A stretch of 62,947 nucleotides of DNA, filler included, from an uncultured Clostridia bacterium (lineage in GTDB: Bacteria; CAYTYR01; UBA6262), in the NCBI GenBank assembly GCA_964441745.1. It is 5 parts of 4 records of this genome, joined end to end, with 100 filler letters (N's around TTAATTAATTAA, not from the genome) between each part and the next. Parts side by side here need not be neighbours in the genome. Positions count along the whole stretch, not along the records: positions 41,412 to 58,096 come from CAYTYR010000008.1; positions 58,197 to 60,949 come from CAYTYR010000010.1; 3 more parts are not named here. One strand, 5' to 3'. This document shows, piece after piece, positions 50,328 through 61,049 of this stretch. A program made the position numbers and the translations under genes. The first letter of the stretch is position 1; the number at the start of each line of letters is the position of its first letter. The notes beneath the pieces are model-generated. The model was given only the letters and a program-made list of their open reading frames with translations, was not told the DNA's origin and made no database searches.

Positions 50328-51395
50328 ATGAGCGCGCAAATTAATTACTACCTGGATTTTGTTATTTTTGGCAACACCTTATTCCGGTATTTGCTCACAG
50401 CCATTATATTGATCACCGGCCTTCTGGTGATCAAGCTGGTCATCCGCCGGATCATCAGGCAAATCAAGCTGTTTTCCGAAAAAACCGCTACGACGATTGA
50501 CGACTTCCTCGCCAGCATATTAGAAACCATTGTTCTGCCTTTGCTTTATTTTGTCGTCGGGTACCTGGCGCTCAAAAGTCTGGTTTTTCCTGAAGCGTTG
50601 GAAAAGACCCTGAATTACTGCATCCTCGGAGTGCTCGTATTTTTTGTCGTGCAAGCAATCCTGGCTGCTATTAATTATGGTTTTAGGACTTACCTGGCCA
50701 AGAAAACCAATGACGCTTCATTGGAAAAAAGCTTGCAGGGAACAATGGTGTTGGTGAAACTGGTGGTCTGGGCCGGCGCCATCATTTTTTTTCTGGACAA
50801 CCTGGGCTTTAAGATCTCGGCGGTGATCGCCGGCTTAGGCATAGGGGGCATAGCCGTAGCCCTGGCGGCGCAAGCTGTCCTGAAGGATCTTTTTAGCTAT
50901 TTTTGTATTCTTTTTGATCATCCCTTCAAAGTAGGCGACTTTATCATTGTCGGCGATTTTATGGGCGCTATTGAGCACATCGGCATCAAGACTACCCGTA
51001 TTCGCAGTTTAGGCGGGGAGATGCTGATCCTCTCCAATTCCGACCTTACAGATTCGCGCCTGCGTAACTATCAGCTGATGGAGAAGCGGCGTGTCGTATT
51101 CAAGATAGGCGTGATATACCAGACCGGGCTTGATCAATTGCAGGAAATACCGAAAATAATCAAAAACATTATTACCAAGGTCAAAGATGCAAACTATGAC
51201 CGGGCTCATTTTTATGCCTTCGGCGATTTCAGCCTGGTTTTTGAGATCGTGTATTATGTTGTCGGCGGTGATTATAATAAATATATGGACATCCAGCAGC
51301 AAATCAATTTTAGTATAATGGAAGAGTTTAAGAAGCGCGGCATTGAGTTTGCCTATCCGACCCAGACCATCTACCATGCGCCGATAGCTTCTTAG
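50328..51395 (+). CDS. mscS: Small-conductance mechanosensitive channel
   Basis: AGLGIGGIAVALAAQ, PFKVGDFI, IGIKTTRIR, GIEFAYP. Confidence 0.92.
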   Translation: MSAQINYYLDFVIFGNTLFRYLLTAIILITGLLVIKLVIRRIIRQIKLFSEKTATTIDDFLASILETIVLPLLYFVVGYLALKSLVFPEALEKTLNYCILGVLVFFVVQAILAAINYGFRTYLAKKTNDASLEKSLQGTMVLVKLVVWAGAIIFFLDNLGFKISAVIAGLGIGGIAVALAAQAVLKDLFSYFCILFDHPFKVGDFIIVGDFMGAIEHIGIKTTRIRSLGGEMLILSNSDLTDSRLRNYQLMEKRRVVFKIGVIYQTGLDQLQEIPKIIKNIITKVKDANYDRAHFYAFGDFSLVFEIVYYVVGGDYNKYMDIQQQINFSIMEEFKKRGIEFAYPTQTIYHAPIAS

Positions 51396-51406
51396 GGGAT
51401 ACCTGT

Positions 51407-51679
51407 ATGGGTACCAGATCAGGCCCGCATTATGTGTATATCGTACAATGTAGGGATGGTACATTGTATACTGGCTATACCAATGACCTGGGACAACGGC
51501 TGACGCGGCACAATGCTGGACAGGGGGCTAAATATACCCGGGGCCGGGGACCGGTGAAAGTGGTGTACCAGAGAAGGTTCAGGAGCTATAGCCGGGCCTT
51601 AAAAGCTGAATGGGAAATAAAGAAGCTAAGCAAAAAAGAAAAAAAAGTATTGGTTAAGAGAAATGCCAGAAGCCGGTAA
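51407..51679 (+). CDS. GIY-YIG nuclease (UPF0213)
   Basis: YVYIV.C.DGTLYTGYTNDL..R...HN.G.GAKYTR. Confidence 0.9.
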   Translation: MGTRSGPHYVYIVQCRDGTLYTGYTNDLGQRLTRHNAGQGAKYTRGRGPVKVVYQRRFRSYSRALKAEWEIKKLSKKEKKVLVKRNARSR

Positions 51680-51739
51680 AACCTGCTTGATAATGAACAA
51701 TTATTAGCCTTAACTCTCGACGGAGAATAACAAAAGCGC

Positions 51740-51768
51740 TTGACAAGATCTATTTCTTATGCTATATG
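51740..51768 (+). promoter_or_regulatory. sigma70-type promoter of the first pilin-like gene
   Basis: TTGACA-17-TATATG with TG extension. Confidence 0.55.
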
Positions 51769-51911
51769 TATAGCACACAGCAGTACAGCAAGTTAAGACC
51801 TAAACACCGTTTTAGGCAATACTATAAAACATAATAGGCAGGAGGTGAGGAGAGCGCCTTTCGGCAAGTAAGTAATCTTATAAGTACCTAACTTAAAAAA
51901 GGAGAGATAAT

Positions 51912-52481
51912 ATGAAAAAGATCTTAGTAGCAATGTTAGCAGTTCTCGTAATGGCAAGTGCAGCTTTGGCCGCTGATACCAAGACCGTCAATCTGTCAGC
52001 CACTATCCCGTCACAGAGCTCCCTGAATGTCACCATCAGCAAAGTGGTAGGCACAGTCTTCACTACCGCTACATCAGTAGCGTTCGGTTCCTTGGTTTTG
52101 GATCCTACTTACAACATTTTTAAGACCTCAGATGGCAGTTACTATGCGGTTGATTGTGGTATTAACTCTAATGCTACTGCTTGGACCGTCACCCATGCCA
52201 TCACTTCAATGACTAACGGCACAGCTAATTTGAACAACATGATCAACGTAACTTTCATGAATCAGCAGACCGCTGCCGCTGCGACCCAGATTTCTAAAGT
52301 TTCCTATGCAGCCAGCAACGGCACAGTTATCAGCAAATCCCAGATCACTGCTGGCGGTTGGTTGAGAATCTATTACGGTTTAGCTACTGGTTCAGGCGAC
52401 GCTGCTGGCGTAGTCGTAATTCCAGCTACACAAGCTAGCGGTTCATATGCCGGCACAGTAACCTTGACTCTCGCTCCGTAA
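51912..52481 (+). CDS. Major pilin-like / WxL-like secreted subunit A
   Basis: Strong RBS, signal peptide, N-terminal alternating strand DTKTVNLSATIP, C-terminal GSYAGTVTLTL. Confidence 0.65.
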   Translation: MKKILVAMLAVLVMASAALAADTKTVNLSATIPSQSSLNVTISKVVGTVFTTATSVAFGSLVLDPTYNIFKTSDGSYYAVDCGINSNATAWTVTHAITSMTNGTANLNNMINVTFMNQQTAAAATQISKVSYAASNGTVISKSQITAGGWLRIYYGLATGSGDAAGVVVIPATQASGSYAGTVTLTLAP

Positions 52482-52511
52482 TTAACTGGCAATCAAGCAA
52501 CAAGTACCTTC

Positions 52512-52544
52512 AGGCAGCCTATGCAAATAGGCTGCCTTTTTTTT
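52512..52544 (+). terminator. Rho-independent terminator
   Basis: AGGCAGCCTAT-GCAA-ATAGGCTGCCT followed by a T tract. Confidence 0.9.
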
Positions 52545-52655
52545 GCGTAAATAGGACAGCTATTGTCTCCTGGCAGGGAATAAGTTTATTACTTGACAAA
52601 TACTGTTTTCATGCTATTATCTTAAGTGTAGCAACGCCCAAGGAGAGAGACCGTT

Positions 52656-53237
52656 GTGAAAAAAATCAGAGCAATATTGGTACCGGCAATAATAATGGGA
52701 ATATTCCTTGTTTCGGCTGCTTGGTGCGCTGATACGGAAACTTTCCAATTACAAGCGACCATCCCGCCACAAAGTTCAGTGAATGTGAGCATTAGCCGGG
52801 TTGTAGGGACCACCTTCACCCCGGCGGCAGATGTCAACTTTGGGTCCCTGGTCATGGACAATGCTAATAATATCTTTAAAACTTCAGATGACGGGTACTA
52901 TTGCCTGGATGTCGGCGTGACCTCCAATGCTGCTTCCTGGACCTTAACCCATGCAGTCACATCAATTACTAATGGGATAGATAACTTAAATAACAAAATC
53001 AATGTAACTTTCATGAATCAGCAGACCGCTGCCGCTGCGACACAGCTTTCTAAAGTGTCCTATTCAGCCAGCAATGGCGTAGCTATCACTAAATCACAGA
53101 TCAGCAGTGGTGGTTGGTTGAGGATCTATTACGGATTAGCTACTGGCTCGGGGGATGGAGCCGGAATATCAGTGATCCCGCTGACCCAGGCCGGAGGCGC
53201 CTATGGCGGCAATATCCTCCTGACGCTCGCACAGTAA
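52656..53237 (+). CDS. Pilin-like subunit B (paralog of A)
   Basis: Colinear with subunit A (NIFKTSD..YY, INVTFMNQQTAAAATQ, GGWLRIYYGLATGSGD); own TTGACA-16-TATTAT promoter at 52593-52620. Confidence 0.65.
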   Translation: MKKIRAILVPAIIMGIFLVSAAWCADTETFQLQATIPPQSSVNVSISRVVGTTFTPAADVNFGSLVMDNANNIFKTSDDGYYCLDVGVTSNAASWTLTHAVTSITNGIDNLNNKINVTFMNQQTAAAATQLSKVSYSASNGVAITKSQISSGGWLRIYYGLATGSGDGAGISVIPLTQAGGAYGGNILLTLAQ

Positions 53238-53356
53238 TAAACTTGATAATTAAGAATTTAGCCAGCCAATAGAACCATTATTTTACCGCAGCCTAGGAAT
53301 CAAGAGGCGGCCTTTTTTTTATTGACAATAGTGTAAAGAACGGGTACTATTATAGT

Positions 53357-54733
53357 ATGAAGATAAAGTCATGTTTAGTATTGCTAATTCTTTTTATTGG
53401 TTTGCTCCCGTTGTCGGCCATTGCCGGTATTAGTGTGCGTATCCAACCGGTCGAGGGCGGCAATGAGGTGCGTTTTGGCAAAGTAGGAGCGTCTTCACCC
53501 TTCACGAGCAAAGCGGTAGCCATAGCCATAACCTCTGATGTCAACCAGCAATACCAGCTGGTGCAAACACTGGCCAAGCCCTTAGCCAACAGCCAGGGTG
53601 CAGCCTTGGCCGAACGCAGTCTGAGCGCCTACGCCATCAAAGACGGCAATACAGCCGGCACCTTAAATGCAGAACATGAATTTCCTGTAACCATGGACCG
53701 GACCGTGATCTATACCTCAGATCAATCTGGTACATCCGCTTCCTTTAACCTGGTTTATGTCTTAAAAAATTCTGAGGCTATCGTGCCGGGAGCTTACCAG
53801 GGCACGCTGGTTTTCACCGTAGAATCCCTGGCCGGGGCCCAATCGGCGACCAGGTCTGTCCTGACTATTACCGCGGATATTGAATCTCCTGGCAATCTGA
53901 TCAATATAACCACGGCTACCGGCGCCAAACTAATACAACTAAATTCGAATAAAGGTGAAACAACGACTTTTGACCTGATCGTGGAAGTAAATGAATCTCT
54001 CAATGAACAATATGAAATTTCACAATATATCACCGGCCTGCCGGAATCGGCAGAAGGCCGGAAATTATCCTCTGAAGCTCTCGCTGTCGATGTGCACAGC
54101 AATAAAAAAGGCCGCGGGACAGTCGGCAGTCTGCCGCTGGCCAATGGCGAACAGACACTTTATGTTTCCAGCGCGGGAGGAGAGGCAGATCGCTTTGTCA
54201 TCACGTACAGTTTGACTGACCGGGAAAAACAAAATGCCGGAAATTACAAAGCGGCATTACAATATTTCCTTAAAACCAAGACCGGTAAAAAACTGTTAGG
54301 CGCTTTTCCTATCGGGATAAGTATCGGCCGGATTTTCGACCTGATCGTCACCACAGGTGAGAGCAGTGGAATACGTTTTAAGGATGTTCAGCTGGATAAA
54401 AGGCCCCAGCATTCGGAAATATTAGTAGAAATACAAAGCAATCTGGGACGGCAATATCAAGTCAGCCAGCAATTGCCGCTAAATTTGACGAATGCGGCGG
54501 GAGCCAGTATACCTCCAAGATATTTTACCTTGCGCCTGGAAGGAGAGAATACCAAAGGAAAAGTGCGGTTCTCCCAGCCGACTGAAGTCAAAACCGGAGA
54601 AATGGTCTTGTTCCTTTCTGATCCAGAAGGTTCACCGGATAAATTTAAGATTATTTATGAATTCACTGCTGATGCCAGCCTCCCGGCCGGCAGTTATACC
54701 GGCAGTATCATGTATACGATCTCAGAGCTTTGA
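53357..54733 (+). CDS. Secreted protein with three tandem pilin-like domains
   Basis: Three repeats each with QY(Q/E)..Q and a terminal G.Y strand (PGAYQGTL, AGNYKAAL, AGSYTGSI). Confidence 0.6.
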   Translation: MKIKSCLVLLILFIGLLPLSAIAGISVRIQPVEGGNEVRFGKVGASSPFTSKAVAIAITSDVNQQYQLVQTLAKPLANSQGAALAERSLSAYAIKDGNTAGTLNAEHEFPVTMDRTVIYTSDQSGTSASFNLVYVLKNSEAIVPGAYQGTLVFTVESLAGAQSATRSVLTITADIESPGNLINITTATGAKLIQLNSNKGETTTFDLIVEVNESLNEQYEISQYITGLPESAEGRKLSSEALAVDVHSNKKGRGTVGSLPLANGEQTLYVSSAGGEADRFVITYSLTDREKQNAGNYKAALQYFLKTKTGKKLLGAFPIGISIGRIFDLIVTTGESSGIRFKDVQLDKRPQHSEILVEIQSNLGRQYQVSQQLPLNLTNAAGASIPPRYFTLRLEGENTKGKVRFSQPTEVKTGEMVLFLSDPEGSPDKFKIIYEFTADASLPAGSYTGSIMYTISEL

Positions 54734-54765
54734 TCAGTAAAATAAATTTAGACGGTGGTGGTATA

Positions 54766-55632
54766 GTGAAAAAAATACAATCTATCTTTGGCTGGATGTT
54801 TGTTTTTTTTATGCTCACCTTATCCTTTAGTGAAGCGGCAATCATCCAGGTTGATCCCCCCAAAGTGTTCCTGAAAGTCCCGGCCGGCAGATCCGGCAGC
54901 GGCAAGCTGACAGTCAGGAATCCCTCGGAAGAAGCGATCAAGATCAAGATCTACGCCCAGGACTGGAAATACAACGATTTACATGACGGCACAAAGGTAT
55001 TTTTCCCGCTAGGCACGCTCCCTTTGTCCTGCGCTAACTGGATCAGTTTTTCACTTTCCGAAATAGAAATACCAGCGGACGGACAGCAGGATGTCTATTA
55101 TACGGTAAAAGTACCCCAGGATGCGGCGGGCGGACATTATGCGGTCTTGTTTTTTGAAAGCATGGTGGCTAAACCCGTACCGGCCGGCAAAGTTACCCTG
55201 GGCCTGATCGTACGGCTGGGAGCAATATTTTATGTCGAAACTGCCGGCAATTCCACCCGCACCGCGGAAATCTCTAATTTTTCCTTAAAGAAACCAGAGA
55301 AAAGCAAGCCATTGGAAATAGGCTTGGACCTAAAAAATACCGGCAATACTGATATCATTGCTAAGGGCACTTTGCATCTTATTAATAAGAAGGGCGTGAT
55401 TTTTGTGCGCTCAACACTTAATAAATCATATACCCTCCCTGAGGAAACTGCCAGAATGACCGGGTCATGGAAGGAGCCATTGCCGAAAGGCATTTATGAC
55501 GCTATCCTGACCATCGACATAGGGAAAGCCAGTCAAGAGGAAGAGTGGAATGCTGATTTTGTCATTACCAAAGAGACTGAAGTGGAAATAGGCTCCTCCG
55601 GTGAAGTGTTAAAAGTAGGCGAATTGAGGTAA
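54766..55632 (+). CDS. PapD/DUF916-like periplasmic chaperone
   Basis: Signal peptide; V.PPKV...LTVRN, NWISF, GGHYAVLFFE, LKNTGN two-Ig-domain pattern. Confidence 0.65.
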   Translation: MKKIQSIFGWMFVFFMLTLSFSEAAIIQVDPPKVFLKVPAGRSGSGKLTVRNPSEEAIKIKIYAQDWKYNDLHDGTKVFFPLGTLPLSCANWISFSLSEIEIPADGQQDVYYTVKVPQDAAGGHYAVLFFESMVAKPVPAGKVTLGLIVRLGAIFYVETAGNSTRTAEISNFSLKKPEKSKPLEIGLDLKNTGNTDIIAKGTLHLINKKGVIFVRSTLNKSYTLPEETARMTGSWKEPLPKGIYDAILTIDIGKASQEEEWNADFVITKETEVEIGSSGEVLKVGELR

Positions 55633-55641
55633 TACCTGAGG

Positions 55642-58096
55642 ATGCATTGGCTCTGTTATTTATGGTGTTTAGTGGTAATTTTTTGGTCGTTTCCGGCTGC
55701 TGCCGCTAACGGCGATGCCCGTTTTTACCGTCCGGAAAATGAAGGTTATTTTGAGCCAGCTGATTCTGAGGGATTAAGCCCGATCATCCTGGACCTGGCC
55801 ATCTCCCTCTATAAGAGCGAACGTTATGAGCAGGCCCTGCGTCAATTCAATATTGTTTTGGCGCTGCGGCCAGGTGACAAGACAGCCTTAAAATACGCTA
55901 AATTGATCAGCAAGAGATTGGGTGAACCGGAAGCAGAGTCGCTCGCCAAGCAAGAAGCAATGTTAATTAGAGAGATTTTGGATGAAGAGGAAGAAGAAGA
56001 GCCCACCGCCGAAGAAGAGAAGCCGGCAAAAGACTTACCTTTAAGCTCAGAAAAAGCCGGACTATATAAAGAAGAATTTATCAGCAAGCAGATCGACGGC
56101 ATGATGGAGTACGATGAACCCGCCAGGCAACCAGCCAAGGAAAAGCCGCCAGTCAAGGAAAAGCCAGTAACCAAGAAGAAAGTAACCGCCAAAGCTAAAA
56201 CCAAAGCCAGGAAAAAAACTACCGCCAAAACTAAAGAAACAGTTAAGCCAAAAGAAACGGCCAAAGGAAAAGTCACTACACCTCCCCGGATCCCCAAAGT
56301 ATTGATCCTCAATCCAAAAACAAAAAAGCAGTCCTTTACCCTCGAAATCGAACAAAACGAGATCATTACCATTAAAGGCAATAAGATCAAGCGGTTCCTG
56401 CTGACCCAGCCGGATATAATCGGCCTGGAGAAAAATGTTGATGTGCTCTATATCACGGGCAAGAATATCGGCAAAACATACCTGCATATCTGGGATTCCC
56501 AGCAGCGGTGGACAGTAGAATTTAAAACTATCCCTAAAAAACAAAAGGGCTTTGGCGCGGAAGACGAGGAGAAATATGCGGAAGAAAGAGCCAAGGAATT
56601 AAAGATCCGCTACGCCCTGATCACCAATTATATCAAGACGGTAGACCATTCCTTAACCATGCCTAATTACCGCTATCGCTCTTTTCAGCATATCCTGGAA
56701 TCGGCAACACCATTGGAGACGCCAAACGGGGATTTTGGTTTTTCCGTCTCGGTTAATTCACTGTCGGATAAAACAGAAGTAAATTACGCCAACGTGCGCT
56801 GGCTGAACGGAAAAGTAGGGACCTTGGACCAGATCAGCCTGCAGGCTATCGATTTCCGGCCGGATCGGACCGACCTCGCTTTCAGCAAAGCGGACCTGCG
56901 CGGCCTGCAAATATCCGCGCCACTGGCAGACGATAAACTGCGCTCCAACGTCTTCTGGGGGAAAGAACTAGGACTCAGGTTTGGCGGATTCATGCCGCCA
57001 GGCATAGAATATAAGAAACAGGAAATATATTATAGCGGCGTCAACCTGGATTACCTGGCCGGGAAAGAGCAGGTTTATAGTTTGTCTGCTTACCAAAGCT
57101 GGGGGCAGGACAGGGCCGCCGATCAAAATGATAAGGCTTACGATTTCAAGGCTCTTTACGGGTTAGACAAATTAAAACTGACGCCGGAGATAGCTTTTGA
57201 TACTGAAAACTACGCCGCCAATTTAAGAATAGACTATAACCTGCCGGCCTTTAGAATGACCACTGAATTAAGGAATATCTCCAAGGACTTCCAGGCGATC
57301 AGCGGCAAGGACTACCGGGCCGGACAAAAGGGTATGCTCGTTGATGTTTATTACCGTCCTTCAGAACATCTCTCTGTTTCCAATAAAGTTGACTTTTTCA
57401 AGGACAGCCTTTACCCGAATCCCGACCTGCCCGACCGCTGGAACAAGGAAATCAGTCTTGGTTCTTTATGGTCGCCAATGCGGCTGATCGAGTTACAGGG
57501 AGACTACAGTTACAAAAATTATATGGGTAAGAATTTTCCCACTACTACCCGGGGTACCGGATTAGGAATACGCTGCCAGCTGCCCATTGAGCGCAGGTTC
57601 AACCTGTACCTGAATTATAACCGCAACCGCAATCTTTATATCCGGACCCCAATTCTGGATTACCTGAGCAATAAAATCACGGCAGGATCTCTGCTCTACC
57701 TGATACCGACCTTAAATTGTTTCGTGGAAAAGGAGATAAACCATATCACCTCATTGGCCAACTCTGAATCCGCTGTACCTAAAGCCTTGCAGACAGGACT
57801 GGAGTGGAATACCCAGATCTACGATACCGCCGTATACCAGCTTTTACGCTTTACCTATCGTGACGAGGAAGATACTGCTTCGCCGTTCAGTTTCCTGGTA
57901 GGAGAAGATTATCTTGAAGGGTATGGAGAAATAGGCTATGCTCCGGCTAAGAATTTTAATTTTGGACTGACCGCCAGGTTCAGGGATGTCCGCACTGAAA
58001 CCGAACCTTCAACCAAGCGGTCAGAGATCGAAGTATTAGTCGGCCTTAATTACCTGTTTAACACCCATCTCCGTTTTGATCCGGTCGGCGCTATTG
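55642..58096 (+). CDS. Usher-like outer-membrane protein: TPR + charged linker + pilus-formation N-domain + beta-barrel (truncated)
   Basis: Signal peptide, TPR helix pair, K/E-rich linker, LYITGKNIGKTYLHIWD motif, long amphipathic beta-strand region. Confidence 0.6.
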
Positions 58097-58196
58097 NNNN
58101 NNNNNNNNNNNNNNNNNNNNNNNNNNNNNNNNNNNNNNNNTTAATTAATTAANNNNNNNNNNNNNNNNNNNNNNNNNNNNNNNNNNNNNNNNNNNN
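58097..58196. other. Artificial contig linker
   Basis: N-TTAATTAATTAA-N. Confidence 0.98.
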
Positions 58197-59781
58197 TTGA
58201 AGGTATAGAAGCAGCGAATTCCACCAGTTTATGATCGAGAAAAGGCACACGCAGCTCCACCGAAGTAGCCATGCTCATTTTGTCAGCCTTAATCAATAGA
58301 TCATCAGGCAACCAGGTCTTAGTATCTACATATAACATCTTGCTAAGACCGTCCTGGTCTTTAACTTGATTATAATACTTACCTATAATATCGCTTGCCT
58401 CTACTTTCCCTTTATTTAAGAATTCCTTATTAAATAATCTCTCTTTAAATCCTCTATTTAATTCAGCTGGTACGGTTAAATATCTCTTTTCCAGAGGTAA
58501 ATTGATCCATTCACCATACTTATCCCTTTTCTTCTTTGATCTTATCAGCCCCTTAATAATCCAATCCCCGATACTTTTTCTCAGGAGCTCAGGCAGTGCC
58601 CGATATTTATCTATTGACTGCATATAGGAGTAGATAGAATAGCCAGCCAGTAATTCATCCGCGCCTTCACCGGAAAGTAAGACGGTCACGTGTTCCCTGG
58701 CCAGTTTAGAGATAAAGTACAACGGGATAGCCGCTGATTCTACCACCGGTTCGTCAAAATACCAGATAAGCTTGGGGATGAAATCGTAAAAATCTGTTGG
58801 TTCTAAAATATATTCGTGATGATCAGTATTGAATTTTTTAGCTACTATTCTCGCATATTCAAACTCGCTGGATTCCCTTTCCTTGTAACCGACACAGAAG
58901 GTTTTCACCCGTTCCTTGGTCATAGCACTCATTAGCCCCACAACAGTACTGGAATCTATGCCACCGCTCAGGAAAACACCCAGAGGTACATCGCTGACTA
59001 GACGCATCCGTATACAATCATTTAGCATTGTCCGGAATTGCTCGATATATTCTTCCTCGCGCAACTCCTCATCCTTTACAATTCCGCATATATCCCAATA
59101 CTCCTCAACCTGAAGTCTCCCTTCGGATATAGTCAAAGAGTACCCTGGCAGAAGCTTATTAATGTTCTTAAACATGGTATTGGGGGCAGGAGTATAGCCC
59201 AGGGTTAAGTGCATTTCAAGAACACCTGTATTAACTTCCGGAGTCACCAGCCCAGAGCGTAAGATACTCTTAATTTCTGAAGCAAAAATAAAGTTATCCT
59301 TATCACTATAATAGTAAAAAGGCTTTACGCCTAATCTATCCCTGGCAGCAAAAAGGATCCTCTTCTTTTCATCCCAGATGGCAAAAGCAAACATTCCTCT
59401 CAGCTTCTTGACGCAGTCTTTGCCCTCTTCCTCATATAAGTGAATAATGACTTCTGTATCAGTATGAGATTTGAATTTATGTCCCTTACCAATAAGTTCT
59501 TGCTTTATTTCAGCGAAATTATAAATTTCCCCGTTATAGGTTATCCAAATTGAATTATCTTCATTGCTCATAGGCTGATGCCCCAAAGGTGACAAGTCAA
59601 TAATACTTAACCTTCTATGTCCAAACCCCAACCGGTATTTACCCTGAGCATCTTTCCATGCCAGATGTACACCTTCGTCATCCGGACCGCGATGTTCTAT
59701 TACCCGGCACATCTTTACCAGAGTTTCCCGTTCCACACCGCTATTACCACCATAATTAATGATGCCGCATATACCGCACAT
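58197..59781 (-). CDS. asnB: Asparagine synthase (glutamine-hydrolysing) family amidotransferase, 3' truncated
   Basis: MCGICG, HRGPD, RLSIIDL, NGEIYN, LSGGIDSS, SGEGADE, RVPFLD. Confidence 0.93.
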
Positions 59782-59783
59782 AG

Positions 59784-60914
59784 TTATTCCTTTATCCGTT
59801 CTAAACAACGTTTGTAAACTTGTTCGTAGTTCTTAACCATAAACTGCAAGCTGAATTCATTCTCTGTACTTTTTCTGGCATTAGCCCCTAACCCAGCGAT
59901 TTTCAACGGATTTTCAATAAGATCGGTTAATATCCCAGCCAGCGTTTCTACATCACCCACAGGGGAAAGCAGGCCTGTTTCCTTATCCCGGATTATTTCC
60001 GAATTCCCGCCAACCCTGGTGGCTACAACCGCCTTGCCCACGGCCATAGCTTCCAATATAGTATTTGATAGTCCTTCATCAAGCGAACTTAAAACAAATA
60101 TATCCATAGCATTCAGCCAGGATGGGACATCATCCTTTTCTCCAAGAAAATGCACTTTATCTTCAATATTTAATGCTTTTGCAGTATTCTCAAGTTCTTT
60201 TCTGCATGAGCCGTCCCCAATAAGGACTAAAGAGATTTTATCCCTTCCCTTTTCTCCCATAATCTGTGCCGCTGCTTTAATCAATGTTTGATAATCCTTG
60301 ACTGGGACCAACCTACCAACAGTTCCAATCAATATTTCATCTTTCAGACCCAATTCAATTCTTTTTTGAGTTCTTAAGCTTTCATCAGGTCTGAATTTGA
60401 CAGTATCAACCCCATTAATAATCGTTTGTATCTTTTTTTGATTAATCCCCATTTTATTAATCAAATCTTGCTTAAGATCATCTGAGACAGTTATTATAAC
60501 ATCTATAAACCAGCTTAGGAATTTTTGGGCTATTCTTCTAATTTTTGTTTGGTCAAATAATGTCCCATGCTCACCATTAATAATTATCGGTGTTCCTGAT
60601 AGCTTGGCAGAGATAATCCCATAAAGAGCGCCACCACCCCATCCGTGCGTATGGACTATATCAGCTTTTTCTTGTCTAATAATTTTTGTTAGCTTTAAAA
60701 ATGTGAATAAACTAATGCCTTTTTGCTTATTTAGGCAATGCACAGCAATGTCTTTCTTTAATCTCCCTTTTAAAGACCCTTCTTTTTTTAGGCAACAAAT
60801 CGAGAAAGAGAATAACAAAGGATCTAAATTATTAACAAGATTAACCACTCCATTTTCCATCCCGCCGGTTTCCAATGATGGCACTATATGAATTATTTTG
60901 CATTTACTTTTCAT
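59784..60914 (-). CDS. GT4 glycosyltransferase
   Basis: GGMENG, NGVD, VGRL..VK, EGLSNTILEAMA (EX7E). Confidence 0.92.
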   Translation of the reverse strand: MKSKCKIIHIVPSLETGGMENGVVNLVNNLDPLLFSFSICCLKKEGSLKGRLKKDIAVHCLNKQKGISLFTFLKLTKIIRQEKADIVHTHGWGGGALYGIISAKLSGTPIIINGEHGTLFDQTKIRRIAQKFLSWFIDVIITVSDDLKQDLINKMGINQKKIQTIINGVDTVKFRPDESLRTQKRIELGLKDEILIGTVGRLVPVKDYQTLIKAAAQIMGEKGRDKISLVLIGDGSCRKELENTAKALNIEDKVHFLGEKDDVPSWLNAMDIFVLSSLDEGLSNTILEAMAVGKAVVATRVGGNSEIIRDKETGLLSPVGDVETLAGILTDLIENPLKIAGLGANARKSTENEFSLQFMVKNYEQVYKRCLERIKE

Positions 60915-60949
60915 TTTTCCCTGTAATTAGTTCCTTAATAGTTATAGCT

Positions 60950-61049
60950 NNNNNNNNNNNNNNNNNNNNNNNNNNNNNNNNNNNNNNNNNNNNTTAATTA
61001 ATTAANNNNNNNNNNNNNNNNNNNNNNNNNNNNNNNNNNNNNNNNNNNN
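60950..61049. other. Artificial contig linker
   Basis: N-TTAATTAATTAA-N. Confidence 0.98.

Noticed and set aside
56140-56280. Lys/Thr/Ala-rich low-complexity repeat
   Set aside because: Protein linker with varied codons, not a DNA repeat element.
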